Assembly (NCBI RefSeq): GCF_001194135.2
Contig: NC_068996.1
Location: 39,115,555-39,179,554 of the forward strand
Source: Octopus bimaculoides
Taxonomy: Eukaryota
DNA length: 64,000 nt
Direction of reading: 5' to 3'
Each line of letters starts with the position of its first letter. The first letter of the stretch is position 1. The notes under the pieces were generated by a model. That model was not told the origin of the DNA. It did no database searches and saw only the letters and a program-made list of their open reading frames with translations. Below, one piece after another: positions 1 through 11,924 of the stretch. The translations under genes were made by a program, and so were the position numbers.

Positions 1-250
1 TATCCAGCAGCTGTGGCGACAGGACGTTCTTTCAGGCTGTCCCAACTCGACCCCGACATGTGGTCAAAGCTTCCTTTGGTATTCTAGCGGCATGCCTGTT
101 CACCCAGGAACGAAACGGCTCTACACCAACCTAGAATAAATTATTGATCTGTTGTTACCGTTATCCCTCGTATTGTTGTATTTCTGGATTTTAATGATTA
201 ATATAAGAACTGGGGAGAGACGACCGAGCCGTTATATCTTATCCAATTCT

Positions 251-835
251 TATAGATGTAAACATAATAGACCTGACAGTGATTGGGAGAGAGAAGAGAA
301 ACTGTGTACAGTAAAAGAAATCAGCTGCCCAGTGGATGTTAATTTAAAGCTAAAGATCAGTGAGAAAGAAAGTACCTACAATGAGCTATCGAGAAATGAG
401 AAATTTACAGTTACTCTACCCAGATTGCAATTTCAGGTTTATACCTGTTGTTATTGGGGCACTGGGATATGTAACACACTGCCTAAGTGCCAATCTTGAG
501 AATTTGGGGTTCTCAAAACCAGAAATGAGAAAGCTGATCTGAAGACTATGGATCCAAGCTATCACTGGAATTGTAAAAGTTTCTAAAACTTTCCAAAAGC
601 TTATCATTTAAGTATATATGAACATGTCTAGATATGCAACTATATGCATCAGAATACATGCACAAAACATACAAATCTGCACATGCACTGACTCTAAATA
701 CTACACATATACATCCATGCACAAATACTCTGTTGATGTTGTTGAAATTGCAATGAAGGAACCTTGGATCTTGGTTCGAAACTGGCTCTTTCTCTATTGG
801 CAAGAAATCTTGAATTAAAACTGAATGACATATAT
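251..835 (+). mobile_element. 3' end of an R4/Dong-like non-LTR retrotransposon: decayed restriction-like endonuclease (RLE) domain plus 3' UTR
   Basis: Two frames join (one frameshift near 390, one stop at 540) to read CKHNRPDSDWEREEKLCTVKEISCPVDVNLKLKISEKESTYNEL/RNLQLLYPDCNFRFIPVVIGALGYV...LI*RLWIQAITGIVKVSKTF (251-612). This matches the PD..E..P..N..K..EK..Y..L / IPVxIGALG signature of RLE-clade elements. AT-rich 3' tail to about 835. Confidence 0.8.
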
Positions 836-1144
836 ATGCAAGTGTATAAAATAAATTTTTCCTAGATAGAAAATGCACTTTTGAAGAGAACATACTCTCC
901 TTTGCATCACTCCATTAAGTTTTTGTCAGCCACAATAGTAAAATGAAACAAAAAGCCATTCTTGATGGAACTTGCATCTAAGAATACAATAGACTAATAG
1001 GAATATTAGTAAAAACTATTAAATCAAACTGAAAATAGACTTTATACAACAAGAGTTGAAAGGACTGAGAGTGAAAAAAAATATCAAGACAAGTTTCATC
1101 TTGGAATATTCAGAAGCTAAATTGCTTAATAAGACAATGAACTG

Positions 1145-1255
1145 AATCGTTGGAGCACTGAACAGAATTCCTGTGCTCTGAGTTCAAATCCAACTGAGGA
1201 CAACTTTACTTTTCATCCTTTTCATGGACAATAAATACCAATACCAGTCCAGGTT
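1145..1255 (+). mobile_element. Degenerate SINE fragment (family C)
   Basis: GAGTTCAAATCC B-box followed by ACTTTACTTTTCATCCTTTT, as in fuller family C copies. Confidence 0.55.
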
Positions 1256-1557
1256 AGTGGATTGGAGGAAAGGCTAGAAGGATTGACAACAAGACATCTT
1301 GTGGTATCTGTTCTGGTTCTTTGCATTTGGAATTCAGATTCCACTAAGGTGTCAATGACTGGCCTAATCATCTGACCATGGAATGGAAATACACTGTCCA
1401 ATGTACATTTGGTCAACATGGATTGGTTGGTAATAGAATAGATAATCCATCAACAGCTAACTGAGACTTCATCCAACAGGGCAGATTTACAACAACAGAA
1501 TGGAAATGGAGGGAAAAAATATTGTATAGCAATAACAAAGTAAAATATGTTACCAGG

Positions 1558-1690
1558 ATGGTAATAATGATGGTGGTGGTGGGGGAAACTGAGGCGGCAG
1601 TGGTGATGATGGTGGTGGAGATAACTGTGGCAGTGGCAATGATGGTGGTGGTGATGGTGGTGGCAGCGGCAGCGATGGCAGTGGTAGGAT
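1558..1690. repeat. (GGT/GAT/GGC)n trinucleotide low-complexity tract
   Basis: Direct reading; explains the poly-His minus-strand ORF. Confidence 0.9.
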
Positions 1691-1844
1691 AACAACATAT
1701 TTAAACATTTATAAAGTACAGAAATGTATTAAGATGAAGAAGAATCAACTAAGAAAAGAAAAACATTAATCTCAGTAAGCTTTTGGTTAATGTATTTTTT
1801 ATTTGCTACTTTCTGAAGCTGCGACCAAGAAATGAGTTACAAAA

Positions 1845-2385
1845 CATACATACATACATACATCTACATATACATATATATGCACACACACACATTCACA
1901 TATATATACATACATATATAAAAATATTCATATATATATATATATANNNNNNNNNNNNNNNNNNNNNNNNNNNNNNNNNNNNNNNNNNNNNNNNNNNNNN
2001 NNNNNNNNNNNNNNNNNNNNNNNNNNNNNNNNNNNNNNNNNNNNNNNNNNNNNNNNNNNNNNNNNNNNNNNNNNNNNNNNNNNNNNNNNNNNNNNNNNNN
2101 NNNNNNNNNNNNNTACATATACATACACATATACATACACATATACATATACATACACATATACGTACACATATACATATACATACACATATACATACAC
2201 ATATACATATACATACACATATACGTACACATATACATATACATACACATATACATACACATATACATATACATACACATATATATACACATATACATAC
2301 ACATATACATATATATATAGGTACACATATACATACATGTGTGTGTTTGTGTGTATATGTATATATGTGTGTGTAATATATACAC
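1845..2385. repeat. Compound (TACA/CA/TA)n microsatellite with a 60-bp higher-order unit, interrupted by an N gap
   Basis: 2161-2220 and 2221-2280 are identical 60-mers; gap at 1947-2113. Confidence 0.95.
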
Positions 2386-3003
2386 ATATCATTGATCTTT
2401 GATAAGCTTCTGTTAATCCTCTTCTACTGAATGTAGTTATAGACAGGAGTAAAAAAAAAAAAAAGCAGAAAGAAAAAAGAAAAAAGAAAAGCAAAAGTGA
2501 TGAAATTTTGTATTATCAGTATATTCTCCCACGGTATTACAGTCGAATTAAAGGCTCTTAACGATCCTGCTATTCAACTAATTCACTTGTGTGAGCATAG
2601 ACAAGTGTAGCACATTTGAAATTCTAGTAGGCAATTTGACTAACATTATACACTTAGAAAAGAAAGTACAGGAGGTACTTGTGTGTCAGACAGCAGTATC
2701 ATATTAAATTGTTGGAACGAAAGCTATCACTATTACAGAATATCCATAGCTGAGATTCCTTTCATACATATCGCTTTCCTTATTAGAATAATTTAGGGCA
2801 ATAATAACTGAATCTGTTGCTAGAGGGATGAAATGTCATGTCTTTAGTTATGTCCCTTTAAATTGTCAGTTGAAATCCTGTTTGCTGTGTGTGTGTGAGT
2901 TTGCCTTTCATCGTTGTGTGATTGAGAAAATAAGCACTAAACACGTTATAGGGTTTGATTCAATTGACTACGATCTGTGTCCCCATGTCTGTATAAGAAA
3001 TTA

Positions 3004-3189
3004 CGGTAATTTTTCAGATTAACACCCGCACGATTTTCACTAGGGTGTTAAGGTTAGGGTTTTAGGGTCAGTGTTAGGGTTTTAGGGTTAGGGTTTAGGG
3101 TTAGGGCTAGGGTTAGTGTTTAGGATTAGGGTTAGGGTTAGGATTAGGGTTAGCATTAAGGTTACAGTTTTAGGGTCAGGGTTAGGGTT

Positions 3190-3225
<36 letters not shown>

Positions 3226-3284
3226 TTTAGGGTTTTAGGGTTAGGTTTAGGTAATCGTGCAAGTGTTAATCTGAAAAATTACCG
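3004..3284. mobile_element. Inverted-repeat-bounded element whose interior is a degenerate (TTAGGG)n array
   Basis: IRs at 3004-3035 and 3253-3284 match at 30/32; about 210 bp of TTAGGG variants lie between them. Confidence 0.75.
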
Positions 3285-3324
3285 AAATTACTGCTGGAAT
3301 TATTTATGGAAGCAGTTTATACCG

Positions 3325-3559
3325 CTTATCTTTTATTTTTTCAGTCACTGAATTGCAGTGATGCTGGGGCACTGCCTTGAAGGGTTTAGTCAAAAATCAC
3401 TAGCCCCTAGTACTTGCTTTTAAATTTCTTTTTATCAAGTTTGGTATTTATTCTATCATTCACTCTTTGCCAAAGTGCTAGGTTACAGGGACATAATCAA
3501 GCCAACACTGGTTGTCAAGCAGTGATAGGGGACAAAGACACACACGCACACAGACATAT

Positions 3560-3630
<71 letters not shown>
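3325..3630 (-). mobile_element. SINE family A, 3' half plus (TA)n
   Basis: Reverse complement of the family A tail (CCAGCAT...GACTGAAA), seen intact at 46248-46598. Confidence 0.8.
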
Positions 3631-3639
<9 letters not shown>

Positions 3640-4312
3640 ATGAAGAAAACAGAAAGCAGAAGTGAGGATATGTTAGAGAACTGGAGACAAGCATTGTGTT
3701 GGCGGAGACAGGTATGACAAAAAAGTTGATGCAGGTAATCGAAGTAAATTCTAGTGAAGAGTGGAAATTGTTAAGACAACAAATTGAAAAAAGGTTTAGT
3801 TGCTCTCTTATGAGTAAGGTTCTATTGGTTCAACTATTTGAAAGTTTATCCTTTTAAGTTACTCTGCTTAAATATCTCAAGAAGTTATGTTTTGGTGAAC
3901 CTGTGACTTACATACAGCATTTATTGAATTAATTTTAGTGGATAGTTTTCACACATTCTTTACATTAGCAATTTTTCATTCATCTCTCTGTATTTATTGT
4001 ATTTTGGGAGGGTCATTATGCTAATAATAAACACATGCACTGGTTCACTTTCACTTCTTTATTGTTATTATTCATCATTTGCTTAATCAATCAATCAATC
4101 AATCAATTGTGTTTGTCAAAGTCCTTTCATTACCATTTACACTTTCTTCAGTGCCATGTGCCTTCTCTCCTTCAGGTCAGCTTCGTACATGAGAAGCAGA
4201 GGGAAAGAAAAAGGAAGCGTGTATATGCATACGTGTGTGTGAGTATGTATGTGTGTATAAGTATGCATGCGTTTATTATTGGCCTAATAACCCTAATAAC
4301 TACATGTCCCAT

Positions 4313-4637
4313 TGGTTAGAGCATCGGGCTCACAATCATGAGGTAGTGAGTTTGAATCCTGGACCGGGCTGTCTGTTGTGTTTTTGAGCAATACACTTTA
4401 TTTCACATTGTTCCAGTCAGCTATAGAAATGAATTGCGGTGTCACTTGTGCCAAGCTGTATCAGCCTTTGCCTTTCCTTTGGATAACACTGGTGGCGTGG
4501 AGAGGGGAGGCCGGTATGCCTGAGCGACTGCTGGTCCTCCATAAACAACCTTGTCCAGACTTGTGCCTCTGAGGAGTACTTTCTAGGTGCAATCCTAGTC
4601 ATTCATCGCTGTAGGCAGGGGTGGGGCTTTATCCTTT
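4313..4637 (+). mobile_element. tRNA-derived SINE family D
   Basis: TGGTTAGAGC A-box, GAGTTTGAATCC B-box, TTGAGCAA(G/T)ACACTTTATTTCAC core; homologous to 15164-15479 (-). Confidence 0.85.
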
Positions 4638-4791
4638 AATAACCCACCTGAGATACAAATAAAATCTGTTTCAATATAAAACTTCCCATCATGAAATTTG
4701 CTAACCAAATACACAAAAGAAATATTTTCTGCATTTATTTTTGCTTGTAACAGTATATGATTTCCAGTCAAAAGTTGTTTTCTATTTTCAG

Positions 4792-4984
4792 GTACGGAAA
4801 ATATTTTAGTCTAGGTCAGCTGCTAAGCTATTATATTGGGTACACTTTAATAAGAGATGACCTTCACTTCGTTGCTAGAAAAGACAATGCTTCACTGAAT
4901 ATGTTTAATAAAACCAAAAACATATCCGAAGTCGTTACTGAGCTTGTCAAAGATCAACTTAAATCATCATTATTATCAAGCTAA
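4792..4984 (+). CDS. Candidate terminal coding exon of an unidentified gene
   Basis: Strong acceptor GTTGTTTTCTATTTTCAG|G; 63 open codons YGKYFSLGQLLSYYIGYTLIRDDLHFVARKDNASLNMFNKTKNISEVVTELVKDQLKSSLLSS*; CpGs retained in a CpG-poor neighbourhood; AATAAA at about 5578. Protein not recognised. Confidence 0.55.
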
Positions 4985-5128
4985 TGTTTACATCTCATGC
5001 ATAATCGTAATTTTAAATCACTAAAATTTCAAGGTTGTCTCCCCTACGTCATGAACACATTTCATTAACATTAATCATGAAAACGATGCTTTCTTTTCGT
5101 TATTGCAATGTAATTTTAATGAACTAAT

Positions 5129-5129
<1 letters not shown>

Positions 5130-5180
<51 letters not shown>
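5130..5180. repeat. (ATT)n microsatellite
   Basis: Direct reading. Confidence 0.95.
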
Positions 5181-5769
5181 CACATTTCTCAGACCGATTG
5201 TATGTTGATATCTTTTGATCAGGAGTAGTCATAAACCAATTGCATTGGGTCCTGTCAACTTTCTCATCCCATATTATTATTATTATTGTTATTTATTCAT
5301 TTATTATTTTTTTGTAATTACATCGACTATTGTATTTTAGCTATTGCCTTCATTAGAATTTATTCCTGTTTTGGGAGAAAAGGGTAAAACTGATTCTGTT
5401 TAATATGGTGTCTGTTACTGTATTTGAATCAATGATTTGCCTTACGAATTTATAGATTTAAGCCAAGAGGATACCTTACGTTACACATCTTATTCTGATT
5501 CTTTGCATATACAATTGTTGAGTAATTTGGTTAATTGCATAAATTTTCAAAATGCTGGCCCATTTAGCATCAAAGCCAATAAAACTGATTGGTTAGTTCT
5601 TTTATTTCAGTCATTACATTGTGGCCGTGCTGCATCTTATGTCTGGTACTTATTCTATTGGTCTCTTTTTCGCTAAACTACTAAGTCAGGAGGATGTAAA
5701 CAAACCAACACTGGTTGTCAAATAGTGGTAGGGAGACAAACAAACAAAAAACAAGCACACAAGGATGAC

Positions 5770-6104
5770 ACGCAAATTCGTGAAGCGTTCCATATTTTTA
5801 GGATTTTCGAGCGAGATCGTTGCCAGTGCCCCTGGACTGACTTGTGCGGGTGGCACATAAAAGACACCATTTCGAGCGTGGCCGTTGCCAGTATCGCCTG
5901 ACTGGCCTTCGTGCAGGTGACACATAAAAGCACCCACTACACTCTCTGAGTGGTTGGCGTTAGGAAGGGCATCCAGCTGTAGAAACTCTGCCAAATTTAG
6001 ATTGGAGCCTGGTGTTGCCATCCGGTTTCACCAGTCCTCAGTCAAATCGTCCAACCCATGCTAGCATGGAAAGCGGACGTTAAACGATGATGATGATGAT
6101 GATG
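5770..6104 (+). mobile_element. Family B repeat with RTE-type 3' tail
   Basis: GGTTGGCGTTAGGAAGGGCATCCAGC motif and ...GGACGTTAAACGATGATGATGAT terminus, typical of RTE-related 3' ends. Confidence 0.8.
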
Positions 6105-7079
6105 ACACACACACACACAACAGGCTTCTTTCAGTTTCCATCTACCAAATCCATTCCCAAGACTTAGGTTGGTTGAGGACTATAGTAGAAGATACTTGAA
6201 CAATGTACCACACAGTGGGACTGAACCAAGAACCATGTGGCTGGAAAGCAAACTTCTTATCACACACCCACACATGCACATATACGAAATATACTGTACA
6301 CAAGATATAACTTAAGCAAAAACAAAACAAAACAAAACCATCTTAAACTTGTTTTATTGAATATTCCATATGTAACAGAGCCATGGATGCATTTATGTGG
6401 TAATTCACACTGCTAGAAATAGTGACCAAATCTCTCACAAATCACACCTTACTGACTTAAAATGGGACACACCAGATAAAGTGGTTCTAAGTTTGCTGCA
6501 TGTTGGAAAACGTCAGGTTTCTTTCATTCTTTTACTTATTTGAACAGCAGCCTTTCAGTGTGTACTTGATGACATACTTAAATGACCTCCCTGAGGCAAC
6601 GATTTCAACGTTGCAGTAGTATTTGAATGTTCTTAAAAGTGCTTCATTATAAGGTACAACCCGTTTGTTGTTGTTTGTTTTCCCATTCTTATGAGATTCA
6701 ACTCTTCCCATTGCAACTGATCTTCATCTATAGAAATAGTCTCTCTGTCTGTTTTTCTACCTTTTGATTAAGATGATAAAGATTAATATTTTATTTTAAA
6801 AATAAAATAGTAAGTTTATCATTTAAGAAACAAAATAAAATAAAATTAAGTACCTGTGATTCAAAAATAACTCATAATAATATAGGAAGAATTTCTATCT
6901 TTCAAGTCTGCAGCACTCCAAAAGTTGTATAAAATGATTAAGAGAGGAAAATAGAAAGTAAGAAAAAAGGACGTATGGTGGTAGCTGACACAACTCTTTG
7001 AAGTGTCAACATTTTCAACTTGATTTTTGTTTTCTTAAAGGGGGAAATTACTATTTTATTTGTAATCTTTATCAAATAG

Positions 7080-7671
7080 CAGGCAAACAGACAATCTTTG
7101 AGTTTTAGTATGATATAGATTGTAAGGTAGGTGTGAGAGGCTGGTTCTGGTTGGTTTGAACATAATAGAAGTAGAATATTTGAACTGGATATGACTGGTT
7201 TAACCCTTTAGCATTCAAATTAATATGTCAAAAGTAATCCTTATTCATTTACATTTAAAAAAATTTATCTGGTATTATCTTGTAGCTTCGAGATTTGAAA
7301 GATGTAATTGTTTATTTTTAGAATGACATTGCAGGGTAGGTGTGAGATACTGGCTCTGGCCAGTTTGAGCATAAAATGAATAGAATATTCGGGCCGGATA
7401 TAGCCGGTTTAAACACTAAAGGGTTAAATGCTGAAGGGATATATTTATATGTATAATCCCTTATCTTTCAGATCACTGTCAAATGTAATTAGTTCTCATT
7501 GTTTTAAATTAAATTAATGAAGCATTATCTCATAGCTTTGAGATTTTGATGATGTGATTGTTTATTTTTAGAATGATATTGCAGGCTAGGTGTGAAAGGT
7601 AGAGTCTGGTTGGTTTAAAACAAGTAGAATATCTGAGCTGGATATGACTGGTTTGAATGCTAAAGGGTTAA
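7080..7671. mobile_element. Cluster of three piggyBac-type MITEs (TTAA-CCCT...AGGG-TTAA), the middle one nested in the first
   Basis: Complete copy 7204-7423 with TTAA at 7200-7203 and 7424-7427; third copy about 7455-7671. Confidence 0.85.
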
Positions 7672-7715
7672 GCCAGCTCTGATCAAGCAGACCTATGATG
7701 AAGAGGCATTCCACA

Positions 7716-8262
7716 GGTATTGTTTAACAAAAAAAGTAAATAAAATTAAGGGGAGATAAGTAGTAAAAGAAGCAGCTTACTTTTTATACAGCATAAAGAC
7801 TGGCGACTGCTGTCAGAAAGTGAACAAATGTCTTCTTTTTCTCAGTGGAATTACGCCAGAGAAACTCATGCAGAAATGAAACAAACAATTCATCCGATGT
7901 CCCAAATTGTTGTCTCAACTTCTGTTTCACCCTCATCTTCGTATTTTCTACATTTTGTGTGTGTATTGATTATGAGGATCAATAAAATGTTGTTGGTGTA
8001 TAATCAACTCATGCATGTTGGCGCCACCATTGAGGATACCAATGTTATATGCTCATCATCCATCGCTCATTACATGAGACCCAGGCAAAATTCAACTTTG
8101 TATCACCTCAGTTAGAGTTTCTTCTATGCGGTCAGGTACTTTGACCAAAAAACACTTTCTTGAGACTCTCTCTATACCACCTAATGTCCCTTTGCTTCTT
8201 TTACTACTTATCTCCCCCTTAATTTTTATTTACTTTTTCATAAAATAAACTGAACAATTACC
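7716..8262 (-). mobile_element. Internally deleted Merlin (IS1595/ISXO2-like DDE) DNA transposon
   Basis: TIRs 7716-7774 and 8193-8262 starting GGTA; TSD CATTCCAC at 7707-7714 and 8263-8270; minus-strand remnant 8184-7784 reads LGGIERVSRKCFLVKVPDR..ETL...ILPGS..MSDG**AY...H..F.DP../IHTQNVENT.MRVKQKLRQQFGTS...FLHEFLWRN with three stops and one frameshift. Confidence 0.9.
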
Positions 8263-9104
8263 CATTCCACCTTGGGCCATCTCATCTATTTTGCTTTTAT
8301 TTTACTTTTGATTTTCATTTTTTAAATTTTTGTTCAGATATATTATATCTAGTTCACATTATCTAATTTTAAAAAATTTAAAAAAACAGTCAGTAGTTAT
8401 TTAAGGAAGATTTATCTGGCTGCTATTTCTAGAAGATCAAGCAACCTCATAGAGATTCCTTTGTTGATTAGTTGCCAGAATGGAAAAACATATAATATTG
8501 AGGAAATAATGAGTGAGTAAAAAAAAAAATTTCATACAATTTTAATGATCAAGGCAAGGCAATTAATCAGAATTGACTGCATATAGTCTGAGATATACAG
8601 AAGAGATAAAAAAAAAAAAAGAAGACTATGTGATGTTTATGAATCACATAAAACATTGCACTTTATTTGAGTAAAGTGCAAAGTTACAGAACAGAATGGT
8701 GGAGTAGCAGCTCATTAAGACAAGACATTGATAAAAAATTCTTGTGTTACAAAAATGTACACTTAAGAATTATAAATTGGAGTAAAAAGAAAAAAATTAA
8801 TTTGTGAAAGAAATGAAATTTATTCCTTATTCTAAATCAATGAAAGTGAATTGAAAGTTTTGAAGACATTCTAAGCCTTTTGATAGAAAACCGCCCAAGA
8901 CTGCCCATGGATGTATGATATGAAATTTCTATTTTAAAGTGAACTATATTAAAACCCTTCATAAATAAAGTTGTTTTAGTAAATTCTTCATTATTACCAA
9001 AATAAATTGAAACAAAAGCAGTGCATTTTAACAAAAATTTATTAACAAAAGGCCAAAAATTGACTACCAGCTCACATAGAACTGGTAACACAAAAAAATA
9101 AATC

Positions 9105-9404
9105 CTTTGTGCTAGGCTTCAATGGCTGTCACAAGACATTCATCTACATCAGGCTATAAAGCAAGGGACTTAATAAACATCAGCAAATAACGTTTGTATA
9201 AAACTAAGAACGTCTCTCACAGTTGTTTCATAAGAAATATAATATCTGTGTTTCCACAACAAATCTAAAAGAACATATTATCCAAGATTGTCACATCCTG
9301 AACTAACTTTCTCAGATACTATCAATACTTGGTCCATCAGTTTGAGACTCCTGTAATTGCCTCCATCCACTACATCTTTACTTTTATTGTACTTGACAGT
9401 AACG
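9105..9404 (-). mobile_element. Decayed RTE-clade LINE reverse transcriptase fragment
   Basis: Minus-strand blocks YNKSKDVVDGGNYRSLKLMDQVLIVSEKV, GNTDIIFLMKQL*ETFL and DVDECLVTAIEA resemble RTE RT motifs (YKGKGD..NYRGLKL.DQV, TTDAIF..RQLQEK, IDEWLV.A). Confidence 0.75.
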
Positions 9405-9422
9405 TTATTACAGAATTGTGAG

Positions 9423-9797
9423 CAAGACTATATTATGACCCATAGGGGCCTGAGGCATTTAAAAGATTTTGTAATTCAAAATATGAACAATTAAAAGCCA
9501 TAAAATAATTTTTTCAAAATAAAACGAAACTAACATTAAGATGGAAAATAATGTTTATTTTTGTATACTTCGACTTTATTTATATTTGAAAACTCGTCTA
9601 CTTTTTAATTACAAAGTCTTTGATTAGATTCTTAAAATTAATCTTAAGTAGAGATAAAGCACCCTAAATATTATTTTAATAAGTTTAATGTAATTTCTTT
9701 TGTGGCATAAACCATTTACCATTTCTGTGGTGGCCTTCCCCTTTCCCTTGATGCTCTAAACACGTACTTATTTTGCTTAATAACTAATCCAGTTCTG
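9423..9797 (+). mobile_element. hAT-type MITE, degenerate copy
   Basis: Internal sequence shared with 13029-13474 and 14130-14979; degenerate CAG...CTG ends. Confidence 0.65.
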
Positions 9798-10007
9798 ATT
9801 GATTGGGGTTGGAGGTGGAGGGTAACACCTTGTAATGTCAGATCAACTATATCAATAACTATTATGCTTATATAACCTTATGCTTTCTACATCTTAACAA
9901 CCATCCCTTATGGGCTCATTAATAATCTTTTCTTCAATTCCTTAATAACCTGTAGTGTTCATATGGTATGTTGTCATCAATGTCATAAATTAACTATTAT
10001 CATCATC

Positions 10008-10280
10008 ATCATTATCGTTTAACATTCACCTTCCATGCTGGCATGGATTGGATGGTTTGACAGGAGCTGGCCAAGTAGATGATTGCACCAGGCTACTTAC
10101 TGTCTGTTTCGGCATGATTTTTATGGCAGGGTACACTTTCTAACATCAACCACGCTGTAGAATGGACTGAGTGCATTTTACGTGGTATCAGCACAGACAA
10201 AGTCAGTTTTTTATAACTGGATGCCCTTCCAAATGCCAATTACTTCACAGTGTGGGCTGGATGCTTTTTACATGCCTCTT
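10008..10280 (-). mobile_element. Family B repeat, degenerate
   Basis: CATCATCATTATCGTTTAAC tail and GGATGCCCTTCC motif. Confidence 0.7.
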
Positions 10281-11234
10281 ATGTTGTTTTTAGTTACTGC
10301 TTCATCTGCATGAATTCTCATGAAGAACAGATACAAACATAACAGAATATATTTCCTATAAGTTTTTAAAAAATAATTTCATATAAATTTCTAATGACTG
10401 CTGGTAGAGATGTAGGAGATTAGAATCAAGTTTTAGCATAACTAATGTTGTGGAGGTGCATGACTTAGTGGTTTGAGTGTTAGACTCATGATTGTAAGAT
10501 TGTGGTTTCGAATCCAGGACCGGGTGACACATTGTGTTCTTGAGCAAAACATTTCATTTCTCTCTACACTAGTTCATTCATCTGACAATACGAATAATTC
10601 TGAGATAGACCAACATCCTGTTCAACAGGGAATATATACACTACAGGAACCAGGAAACCAGCCCTATGTGTATGTATGACAAGGGAAGGATTTTAATGTT
10701 TTACCTTATCTGTGACTAATATCCATAACAATGAGTAACAAAGAGACTGGGAAACATTAGTCTGAAATTATGATGAAAAATTCCATTCATTTCTAGCTGG
10801 ATTCAGCCAAGGAAAACTTAACGTTGTTTCTGCTATACTGGGCCATGCTCTTTGCTAGAATGTGGGGAAAGGTGAGGATGTATGTTCTCTGGCAGTTATC
10901 TCAACCTCTGTGATTGTTCTTGGTGGAATCTTGCTCTAATACTATGAAAAGCATAGGAAAAGGTCATAGAACATTTCAATTAAGTTCTATATGTGTGGTA
11001 TTTCTACAAGCTGACTGGTCTGTAATCAGGGCACATTGCTTGACCTCAATGTAGTTTTAACTGATAACTGAACATCTGATGTTTTGATTTTAGGTCTCAT
11101 TACAAACTATTTTTAAGCATACTGAACTAATCTGGTTCTTCTTGGGTTGTTGTTTATCTTTCCCCTAGCTTAGTAGTCTTTGAGCAATCTCTCATGGTTC
11201 ATTCCTTTCAATATCAGTGAAGACAAAATGTATC

Positions 11235-11701
11235 TTTTCTTTTATCTTTTACTTGTTTCAGTCATTTCACTGCAGCCATGCTGGGCTCCACCTTCAAGGG
11301 TTTCAGTCAAACAAATCAACCCCAGGAAATTTGTTAAAGCCTAGTACTTGTTCTGTCAGTCCTTTTTGCCAAACTGCTAGGTTACAGGGACGTAAACACA
11401 CCAACACCAGTTGTCAAGCGGTGGTAGGGAACAAATACAGACACAAAGACATACACACATAGATACACACACACACACTCATATATATGTAATGTGTGTA
11501 TGTGTGCGCATGCGTATCTATATATATATATATATGTATATACAATGGGCTTCTTTCAGTTTCTGTCTACAAATCTACCTACAAGGCTTTGGTTGGATCA
11601 AGACTATAGGAGAAGACACTTGCCCAAGGTGCCATGCAGTGGGACGGTGAGACTGAACCCAGAACCATGTGGTTGGGAAGCAAGTTTCTTACCATACAGT
11701 C
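11235..11701 (-). mobile_element. SINE family A, near full length
   Basis: Head, central microsatellite and tail colinear with 46248-46598. Confidence 0.85.
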
Positions 11702-11710
11702 AATATTTCA

Positions 11711-11924
11711 TTTAAACCAGCTACATCTGGCCCAAATATTCTACTTATTTTGTGTTCAAAACAGCTAGATTTGGCCTCTCAGACCTACCCTACAATGTCA
11801 TTCAAAAAATAAACAATCACATCATCAAAATCCCAAAGTTACAAGATAAGTCATGATTGATTCAAAACAGTGTGAATAAATAAGTATTAAATTTGACAGA
11901 GTAATCTGAATGCTAAAGGGTTAA
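11711..11924 (-). mobile_element. piggyBac-type MITE, one end truncated
   Basis: Ends AATGCTAAAGGG-TTAA; internal match to 7204-7423. Confidence 0.8.

Noticed and set aside
1450-1698. Poly-His ORF
   Set aside because: Translation of a GGT/GAT trinucleotide tract, with no splice or context support
1783-2494. Long ORFs spanning N gaps and TA/CA repeats (also 20547, 25678, 33552, 38330, 43931, 60777)
   Set aside because: Open only because of Ns and stop-free microsatellites
5686-6021. Recurrent LQLDALPNANHSESVVG peptide (also 14427, 25678)
   Set aside because: Antisense translation of the family B repeat, not a gene family
6020-6045. CTGAGGA-CTGGT-GAAAC in family B, resembling a minimal hammerhead core
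   Set aside because: No NUH cleavage triplet in register and no stem I pairing
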